This document shows, one piece after another, positions 1 through 10,500 of a stretch of DNA of 20,000 nucleotides; position 1 is the stretch's first letter; every line of letters begins with the position of its first letter. Source of the DNA: Enoplolaimus lenunculus (taxonomy: Eukaryota); assembly GCA_030248215.1 (NCBI GenBank), contig JASANG010000266.1, positions 418,502 to 438,501 on the forward strand, given 5' to 3'. The notes below the pieces were generated by a model that saw only the letters and a program-made list of their open reading frames with translations, made no database searches and had not been told where the DNA came from. Both the position numbers and the translations under genes were made by a program.

Positions 1-1130
1 TAGTGCTGAAATTATATTGCTTTTAACCTTAATAATTAGTGAAATATTGTAAAAAGTCCTAATTTAGGCTTATAAACTATGCTAATATGCATATTATCTA
101 TTAGCTAACTACTCAATTATTGGTTTTAGACGTTTGTAAACAAATTATTCAGATTCCTCGCACCTAAAACCCTTTAGTGCTGAAATTATATTGCTTTTAA
201 CCTTAATAATTATAGAAATAATTTAAAAAGTCCTAATTTTGCCTCGGTCAATTAAGCTAATATTATGCCAATTAGCTATCAGCTAACTATTCAATTATCG
301 GTTATGGAGGTTTGTAAACAATTTATTCAAATTCCTCGCCCCTAAAACCCTTTAGTGCTGAAATTATATTGCTTTTAACCTTAATAATTATTGAAATAAT
401 TTAAAAAGTCCAAATTTTGCCTGGTCAACTAAGCTAATATGCAAATTAGCTATTAGCTAACTATTCAATTATCGGTTTTGGAGGTTTGTAAACAATTTAT
501 TCAAATTTCTCGCACCTAAAAACCCTTTAGTGCTGAAATTATATTGCTTTTAACCTTAATAATTAGTGAAATATTGTAAAAAGTCCTAATTTAGGCTTAT
601 AAACTATGCTAATATGCATATTATCTATTAGCTAACTACTCAATTATTGGTTTTAGACGTTTGTAAACAAATTATTCAGATTCCTCGCACCTAGTGCTGA
701 AATTATATTGCTTTTAACCTTAATAATTATAGAAATAATTTAAAAAGTCCTAATTTTGCCTCGGTCAATTAAGCTAATATTATGCCAATTAGCTATCAGC
801 TAACTATTCAATTATCGGTTATGGAGGTTTGTAAACAATTTATTCAAATTCCTCGCCCCTAAAACCCTTTAGTGCTGAAATTATATTGCTTTTAACCTTA
901 ATAATTAGTGAAATATTGTAAAAAGTCCAAATTTAGGCTTACATACTATGCTAATATGCAAATTATCTATTAGCTAACTGCTCAATTATCCGTTTTGGAG
1001 ATTTGTAAACAATCTACGCAGATTCCTCCACCCAAAAACCCTTTAATGCTAAAATTAGATGGCTTCTAACTGTAATAATTAGTGAAATATTGTGGAAAGT
1101 CCTAATTTAGGCTTAATTAATTATGCATAT
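1..1130. repeat. Tandem array of ~175-bp AT-rich units (at least 6.5 copies, truncated at window start)
   Basis: Anchor tagtgctgaaatt recurs at 1, 175, 353, 528, 692, 870 and, as a variant, 1044 (periods 174, 178, 175, 164, 178, 174). Confidence 0.97.
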
Positions 1131-1365
1131 TAGCCTGTAGCGTAGCTAATAAACGGCTTAAAATTTTCAAACCCCAATACGAGGTTAACACTCCAGTATT
1201 ATTGGCTTTCAAACAAAAAAAAGTTTATCAAAATCGGTTCAGCCGTTCCTGAGATTCTTTTCGGACGGACAGACGGACGGACGGACATCCACCTTTCGAC
1301 CCCCAAGTACAAACATAAAACGCTTCGCGAAACTCCGAGCTTCGCTCAGAGTTTCGCTTCGCTCA
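1..1365 (+). mobile_element. Helentron/HINE (DINE-1-like) non-autonomous rolling-circle element with internal tandem array
   Basis: The array is followed by aaaatcggttcagccgttcc, a (GGAC/GACA)n microsatellite at 1262-1287 and a terminal hairpin at 1327-1357. This order is typical of HINE elements. A second copy lies at ~8511-9030. Confidence 0.7.
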
Positions 1366-1392
1366 ATAAAGCTAAAACATAATAAAAGTTAC

Positions 1393-1588
1393 CTAAATAT
1401 AATTCAAAAACTATACAACCGATTGACCATACATCACAAGGCTGGGCCCATCCGAGCTCAAGGATGACTTCGGGTGCACGGTAATGGCGTGTCGATACGA
1501 TTGTGGAATGATGTTCGTGATCGAATGTCGCCGAGCCGAAATCAATCAAATTGATTGTTGAGTCCTTGACGATACGATATTCTTGACC
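1393..1588 (-). CDS. CLK2: CLK coding exon 9 (196 nt; subdomains VII-IX)
   Basis: [51 protein letters not shown]. Acceptor gtcacag, donor G|gtaact. Confidence 0.95.
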
Positions 1589-4500
1589 CTGTGACAGCAA
1601 TTGAAAGTATACGATGGGAGCACTAGGGTTGTTCAAACAAAACTCAAGTTTCCTAAGCATGCAGAATTTTGTTGCTTTTGAACATAAAAAAGTATATATT
1701 TAGAATTTCAGGGTTCATTAGGTTACCCTAGTTTAAAGGAACAAAACACAGAGCAAAATTATAACCTGAAAAATATCTGGTAATCATAGCAAATAACAAC
1801 CGACCAGCTAAGAAGTCAGATGATTTTTTATTTTGGCCGACTCACAATATACTGTAACAGCTTAGCATATATTTATTTTAAACCAAACGAGATAAACGAA
1901 AACGTTACAATATTGCTTTTTAAACAATATATTATTTTGGCATTATAGCAACAAGCATTGCACTTCACTCCTGGAACAATGACACCATTGAACTTTAAAA
2001 TAAACATAGACTTGAAGAATACTAACAGATATTGAAAATCGCGTGGAGTTCAAGATATTTAACTAGTTACAACATATCCCCATATGACTTTGGAAAACAA
2101 AAACGTTAATGCAACTTCCACAATATTATGCATTCATTAGATAGCTTTTGACGGGGCAGTATGATGTACGCTGAAGCTAAAAAGCTTCAGTACCCAGCTT
2201 TAAGCTTTTTGGTTTCAGTATCCCGGACACTGAATCCAAAAAAGCTTCAATATTCAGGACACCGATGCAAAAAGCTTCGGTATCCAAATACTTAAGCCAA
2301 AAAGTGTGAGTACTGAAGATTTTTGGCTTCAGTATTCCGGATACCGAAGCCAAAATATTTCAGTTTTCAGGAAATTGAAGCCAAAAAAGCTTCGGTGACA
2401 CTGACAGTACACCCTACAAAAATTACCTGTTGCAATCATGATAATTGTGGAAATTGCATAAGTTACCTTGCGAGTCATTGTATCATAATCGGAGTTGACG
2501 AATAAAATATTCTCTGGTTTTAAGTCGGTATGCGTCAATTCTAATCCATGCATGTATTCCACAGCATAGCACAATTGATACGCCATATGGCGTACCTAAA
2601 TAAACCATTATACAATACAACATCTGTTGAATATGAAAGACTCAGTCAACAAAGCGTGAGCGGTACTCTGATACTTAACTGTTCTGAAAAGGAGCAAAAC
2701 GTTTAACTTTAATAACCAAGTAACAAATATATGTGGTGTAAACAAAACAATCAGAACAACACTTACGCCCGTACCAGAAATGGAAACTTATAACCAAAAC
2801 CAAACATAACAAATCTAACTAATTTTCTGCCTGAACCGGGCCTGCAGTTGTCCAATGGCAGCTTCTTAGTCCAGTAAAACTTATGTATTTGATAAAAATT
2901 GCCTACCAGCTAGAATGACTAAAAAGTGTAGGTAAGCATGCACGAAAAAACTCGCTTATGCCACCCGATTAAGATGATTCCGTTAAACAGCAAAATCATG
3001 ATATAGCACCTGACGACTACCGAAACGAGCAATAAACGCCCGCAACGAGATACAAAGGTGCTTGATCGACACTGAATAAAGCAAAAGCCCCTAGCAAAGC
3101 ACTAATTAAATGCAAGGTGCAACCGGAATTAGAAAATACCGGAACCGGAAACATAAAAAATTGTTTCCAAAAAAATTAGTTTTTTAAAGCTATTATACCG
3201 GTTTTATGGTGTAAACATACCGTTTACAAAGCTAGAATCCTGAAACAAATGCAGCAGCTGGAAAAGCACGATAAATTTTGGAGTTTGACTCAATTTGAAA
3301 ATTTTCGCAATACACGCTTAGCAGTTTTAGGAATATCAATTAGAATAATATGCCAATTGTGAAAAAATACCCGATTTAATACCGAGACCGGATAGTGAAA
3401 AATACGGATTTCCAGTTGCGCCCTGATTACCTGATCAATAGGATATCCCTGATAGTCGTTTGCCTTGAGGAAATCAAATACACTTAGTCCCATTAAATCA
3501 AACACGAGGCACATATGTCCGTAATAATCGAATGAGTCCAGCATTGGAATGCACAACCGACGCCCCATCGGATCCATGGCCGACAGCTCAGACAACACAT
3601 TGATTTCAAGCTTCGCAGCTTCACGATACTTAGAAACATTCTTAATTATTTTAAGCGCAAACCGAGTTCGTAAATTTCTAAAATTTCAAACAGTAATGAA
3701 TCACAAGAATCATGAAAAGTTAAACGAGTATTTCAACAACGTCATACAAAATACGTAAAATTTTAAGATGAAATAACATTCACTGATAGGAAACTGCACA
3801 TAGCCGTTTGGCTTGATTCACAATAGGCTGCGCTGAGCTGGGACGTGCGGTCTCAGTAACGGTCTAGACAATATCCCAGTATTTGACTGCGGCTCGCCCG
3901 GTCTAGGTCTTGTTTTTCTGCGTCTTAGTAGGTTTCCAACAGAGAGCAAAAGAAAAACCAAGTTCCTCTTTTGAAAATAAATTCTTTTCAGTAGCATGGT
4001 TTTACTTGATATTGAATTGAAACCAACCAACTGAATTGCAATCAACACCAGATTTTATTAGGATGACACATCAAGCAAGGTCTAATTTTTTATCGCTGTT
4101 TTTTGTGTTGTAGTTCTGTGATTATTTTTCTTGTTCCATTATTCGTAACTGGTGAATAAGACAAAAAATTTCGCGGTGATTCTTTAGTAGGAATGCGTCG
4201 AAAACAAAATTTTTGCCGATGCCGATTCTTATTTTGAAAATATGCCGATGACGAACCGATGCCGATTCTAACTTTAGGACACCATGCTTAAAGAACTGAT
4301 AGAATTCTACATTACATCATTAGGTGAATACTTAAATCATAACGATCATAAACAACTAAAAATTTTATGAGAACACTTCATTTCGATTAATTTTTTCAAA
4401 CACAAAAGCAAGAGAGATAACATTTTTTCTGACAAACACACTGGCAAACGCCAACAAGTGAAATGAATAACATTCCAATTGACTGTTATGCGCAAAAAGT

Positions 4501-7500
4501 GTAGGCAAAGAATCAGCAATGTTTCAGCAGTACCGATGCCAATGCACACGAAAAGTGCCGATTAATCGGCACACCCCGATTTTTTAGCTTATTATGAATT
4601 AACCGGCATTTCTGAACAGATACACCAATTTATTACGCTTAAACAAAGTAGAAGTACGAAAAAACATTCAAAACTTTTGTTGGTTTCTGTAACGATCCAA
4701 AACTGACCGTGACCGAGACCACAATTCTCATATTAGGGTTTCCATTTTTGACCGAAACCGCACATCCCTGCTACTAAGCGGCCTCGGTTAAAATTAAGAC
4801 TAGTAATTTGACCGTTGCGAAAGTGGTTTTTTAGTTTGCCAAAAACAATACTTCGAATTTTTACAATGTTCATGTTTTATAACGTTACCGATAGAGGAAC
4901 AGCCTGCATTCGAAATAAATAGTTGTCGTTGAATTTTTCATGTATTACCAAAGTAGCTCAAATGGTATAAACTGTAGTGCTTAGTTTCCGTTAGCCAGTT
5001 GTGTCACACATTAGAAAAACATTCGTTCAATGTGTTAGTTTTAGTGATTAATACGAACAGGAATTATGTTATGTATGTACCAAAATCGCTAAGAGTATAA
5101 TGTCGAAATTGACCCAGTATGTTGGATATTCACTTACCTTTTTGTAGGTTCTCTATCGCTGTAGCCATGCCTATAGTATTCGTCTTCATCCTCCAACGAT
5201 CGAGCAAGATCAAGGTCTAATACTTCAACCACCTTTCCAAACGTTCCTATAACGTCAGAATGCAACATTCGGTAACAAATTATATACACTATACTACAGC
5301 ATGAGCGACAATACCAGCCCGCATTCGCCTTTGGCAGGTTTACGTTCCAGTACCGATTCACAACTTGATTAGCAGGCCGCACGAAGGAGCGTCCCTCGCT
5401 TTCTCATCCCTTCTGTATGGTTGGTCCAGGATTTTAGAAAGGGGTCAAGTCCTATAAGAAGTTTAAGAGAACATCGACCCCTCAACACCACCAGTATGGC
5501 TGCACCCTTGGTCACACTTTTTCCGAAGACACTCCCTGCAAAAGTTGGCCGCACATGTTTACTTAAAAAGGTTGACGGGGCGCCAACCGTTGACTAAACA
5601 TTTTTCTTGAACCGCGGGACCCCGGTTGGTTCTGCTCGACCACCACATTTACTTCCCCCGTTTTTAATCCAGGGCCCCTATTGGATCACTCCGTAAACCT
5701 GACATAACATATTTGTGCATATATGTGCGTCAAAACTCAGCACTGCAACAAAAACACGACAGAGTATCAGCAGAAAAAATTGTAATAATATCGATTTTAG
5801 ATGTCCCGGCGACGGGACCAAAGGTTGCCGGGCTATACGGCATCATGAACGGTACCAGAGAAACATTTACCTATCTACTCGAATACTAAATGAAAAGGGT
5901 TGCAAACCCTTTCACAAAGAATAGGTACTGAAAAGTTCGCGTATAGCAATATTTTTGAATTTCTAATCGGAATGAAAACTAATTGTGAATCTAATATTAA
6001 TCAAAACAGTAACTCTGTTTGTACCCTGCTTCCCCACCCGTACTTTACTGCAAACGCCCCCGCTTCGTGAAGTACATGACTAAGCTCAACAGTATAAAAA
6101 TAAGCGCAAATCAAAAAAACTACCGCCAGTCAATAATAAATATACCACCGAGGTACATGTTCACATAGTAAAACATTGCTGTTGTGTAAACTTGTTCTGC
6201 AATAACTTTCTACACATGGCTAGGCAACATGTCCCGGGGCACAATTTATTCAGAATGCGAACGCAGTACTGTAAGTTTATTATTACCATACGCAAAATGT
6301 CGCGTGACTCGATATGGCAAATAACAAACGCGTTAACAGTAACTTTACAACATGAGAGTATCAACAAAATGTCGCGCGACGCGATATGAAAAAAACGGCA
6401 CCGTGCTTCAAGGTACATGTTTACGCAAAAGGTACATAAATTTTTAATTTTAGCGTATTTTGCTGGCCACTGCCTCCTTACCGGGCCCCAAACCGGGGTG
6501 AAATCCTGGCCCGGGACATCTTTAATAGATTTAGTAAGATCCCACAGAACAATACACCAAAGGGAATTTAAATACAACATAAACTGTTACCTAGTACCTT
6601 GCCTATTTCAACGGCGCAGAATAAGGATCAATAATTGTGGCCAAACTTGTACCATAAAGAGTATATGATATATACATAGCAAACATGATAACAAAAACTG
6701 TTACGTATATGCAAATTTAACCCTATTATCTGACCAACCTTCTCCCAGGGTTCGCTGAATGAGGTATTTAGAAGCGATGATGTCGCCGTTGCGATAAATT
6801 AGATGGCCATCTTTATCGTCACGGACCGGATGATGTCGATTTCGAGTAGTAAGGGCTGAAGATGTGACAGTGCTAGACGTCAGAGCCTGAAATAACGAGA
6901 GGAATGATATCATGCTGTAAAAATGAAATTGCTAACTTTTACGAGTTTAACTTAGCGCCAAAAAAAAAACTGAGTTTTTTGATTAAACCAAACAAAATGT
7001 AGAAACGATCTAAATCAGTTATAATAAAAAAAATAAAAATAATAACAACAACAACAACAATAATAATAATCTAATTGCATTATGCACCTTCCTCGATCGT
7101 GAGGATTTTGCTGTTCGCGTCGCTGAATCCGACACAGAACTTCGGTCAGCAGTACTAATGCACTCCTGCTGTGGCGGAGATCGTTGCCTTCGGTTAAACC
7201 TAGCACCACCAGCATTATTTGGCCAACGATCGCGGTGTCTATTATAATTACTATGAATTCGTTCACCGTCAACATTACGTTCGTTATCATCATTATCACC
7301 GCGATTATGGTGGTACACTTTCCGGTGGCGCTGTCTGCAATGTGACTCCTCATCAGCCCCAGCTCTAGATGCAGTGTCGTTTGAGCGACGACAGTCTGAC
7401 CTATAGTCAGTCACTATTGAACTACACGAACCGTTTTGATTCGCATAGCGGTTGTACGTTGCCGGGACTGCCTTTGATGATCTTGTGGCAGCAGCTACTG

Positions 7501-10500
7501 CATATCGCCTGCTGCTATAACCGCCGTTTCGATCATTCTTGTCGGAATAATTATCATTATCGACCTCAGCATGGTCGTTACTATTATTCGTTATTCTTTT
7601 ACCATCTATCACCCTGGATGTGTTCGTAGTCTTCGCGGTCGGCGATGACTGCCGATGCTGCCTTCGCTTTCGCTCACCTAACTCATCAAGGTGCGACCCT
7701 GTCACAGCAGTTGCACCAGCATCAGCGACATCAGTATCACGCATACGTCGCTTGATGTTGTTGTGACGCTCATGAGTAACGTCATCGTGGCAGTCACCAC
7801 GAGACAAAGACGACAATGGCGGCTTCTTGCGACGACTGTCTAGATTGGCTATGTCTAGACAGGCAGACGATAACGGCGATGGTGAATAGCTGTCATCGAG
7901 GTCCTTAAAACCACCGTTGTTCGCATCGATATCACCACTCCGTCGACGCGACGACGATAAATGACTTGCTGTTGTTGTTAACGTTGTCGCTTCAACACCG
8001 CTGTTGTCCCTGTCATTCCCACGATGTCTACAAGATTCTCCTGTAGTCTGCTGTTGCCGATTGCAGTTACTGTCACCACGCGAGTATCGTCGCCGGTAAC
8101 AACGACTATCATATCGATCTGATCGATGGCCGATATTAGCGACATTATTAGACGGTGTCAAATTCGACTGTGACCGAGATGAAGATGGTGACGACGAAAC
8201 GCTTTCTAGCTTGCGACGTCTACCGGCGCGACGCTGATGACGAGACGACGAGCGACCGCGCGAGTCGCCGTCAACATTATCAATACGACGTTGCGGTTTT
8301 GTAATGCCGCTAGCGCTGTCTGTTGTGTTGTGATTGATTTTCGATGACGACTGTGATCGCTTTCTCGGAGAAGTGACGATAACTGGTCTAAAACAAGCAG
8401 CCGTGTTGTGCACTGAGTGTAGCATCTATCGCCAGTTAATAATAGATTATATTAGTTTTATATTTCACTAACATCATAATATTTAGCAGTAACTTTTGTT
8501 CGAAACGTCATTGAAGGCGAAGAGTTTTATGTTTTGTACTTAGGGGTCGAATGGTAGGTGTCCGTCCGACGAAAACTTCAGGAACCGCTGAACGAACTTT
8601 GATAAATTTTCTGTTTGAAAACTGACAATACTGGGATTCTAAAGTGTTAAGTCGTTACTTAGTCACAGGTTAACTTGCAAAATTGGTTAACCCTAAATTT
8701 GGACTTTCAGTTTTTAGGTTGCGAGGAATCGGAAAAATTGTTTATGTAGTACTAAAAAGTTTTTAAGCGCGAAGAATAAGAATAAATGGTTTATAAACCT
8801 CCGAAACCATTCAACGAGTGGTTACCTAATAAGTAATTTGCATATGAGATTAATTGGTTAAGCCAAAATTAAAAGTTTTTAAATTATTTTTCTAATTGTT
8901 AGGGTTACAAGTTGTCTAGTTTCAGTACTAAAAGGTTTTTGGCGCTAGGCACGTGAATAAATTGTTAACAAACATCCAAAACAAATCAATGAATTGTTAG
9001 CAAACAACTGATTTGTATATCAGCTTAATTGGGAAATAAGTTTGTCAAAACATACGTTTGTGCTTTATAAGCACGGAATGTTTAACTACACTGATTACGA
9101 AGTCAGTAAGTTCGGGGTTCGCTTAATACACACAGTTCCACTACGTATTGTGTATAAGTATATACTGATACACCCAGTTAATACTTTCAGTTTTGTACAA
9201 ACAAAATTTAAATGAATTATAAGACAAGCAATCTCTCAGCAACGAAATAAAAATTTAACATGCTTAACGGATCAAGCTTAACCTACTTAACAGCAGGGTG
9301 CGACCGTATATCGGGCTCCAGTTTACTATCAGGCAAAAAACCCGCATCCGGTTCCGGTATAAACTTACAGGATACCGGATTTCGGTGATAATTTCGTAAA
9401 TCTCAAATTGTTGCAAATTATGTTGTGAGATGTTATTTTTTCAGTCCCATTACATGTAAGTATACAGTAGTCCAACATAACCGATAAGATATTCGAGCAT
9501 ACTTTGATTGTCCAAACATGGTTTGGTTAGTAACGTGGCGATTATGGAGGGAATTTGTAAGATATACAGTATTTTGCTGTGATATTTCGGTGAGTTTTCT
9601 TTATATAAACGCAATATTCCGTTTACTAAAGATAAAGTAACATTTACAGACTCATTAACGTGCAAAAAATTGATTGATTTAAAAAACACACTATCCGGTT
9701 AACATCTGGTTCCGGTATCCGGTTTTTCGCGATCCGTTCGCACCCTGCTTAACAGTTAGAAAAACTTTTAATGAAAAACGCATCAAAACTTATTTTATAA
9801 TAAGACAAACACATCAAAATATTCCCATCATAGATGCTAGTTTAATAAAGCATATTTCACATTTTTGTTCTGTTTTAAACTATTCTCGAAACGGAAATGA
9901 AGGTTTCCATTTTAAGCTATATTTTATTTTTAACATACCTTCGACTTTCATAACACTGACGATAGCGTTGACTGACCATTCGTGACTGAACGTCAACGTC
10001 ATCGCGACGTTGTTCTCGATTGTGACGGTCTCTTTCACGGCGTGCGGCTGCCGTCGTCTGGTCTATGTCAGAGCGTAAAAGTCGCGAATCAGCTGGCACT
10101 CGATCACCAGACTGCCGGCGCGACTGGCGATCAAAGGGTTGCCTGTGGTCACAGCGATCACTGTCACAATCGTTGCCGTTTACGGCCAAAGTGCTACTAT
10201 TTTTTGAACATTGACGTCCACGTCGTCTTCTGTCAACAGGTGATAAAGATGCTGAACTACAATCGCGTTGCAACCGCTGGCTTCGCTCCGAAACACCAGT
10301 TGATGACTGCTGACGTCGTCGTTGCTGTTGTTGCCGCTGATGATGAGGGATCGCGTCGAAGCGAGTTTCCGCCGGCGATCGCTGCGGTGATTCTGAAGAA
10401 GGCGAAACGTCAGAATAACCGAGACCGGCCCCAACGCTACGGTTGCCGGTATCTCCTTGTCGCCAAGCGGCTTTACCATCGTCGTCGTTGCTACGAGCAA

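Noticed and set aside
2170..2396. CRISPR-like ~30-bp palindromic repeats
   Set aside because: No unique spacers, degenerate units in mixed orientation, inside a eukaryotic intron, no cas genes
1589..2466. Hidden microexon in the CLK beta-hairpin (about 2 aa shorter than human CLK1)
   Set aside because: Exons 8 and 9 join in frame, no well-supported microexon was found, and a small length difference is unremarkable
4346..4549. ORF similar to the ORF at 15208-15438 (both begin MxIGIGTA)
   Set aside because: The similarity comes from two copies of the same MITE family, not from a gene pair
6161..6668. Three overlapping ORFs of 65-139 aa
   Set aside because: Intronic, largely within a putative TIR element, no transposase motifs seen
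7015..7629. 112-aa minus and 86-aa plus ORFs
   Set aside because: Alternative-frame or antisense shadows of CLK exon 4
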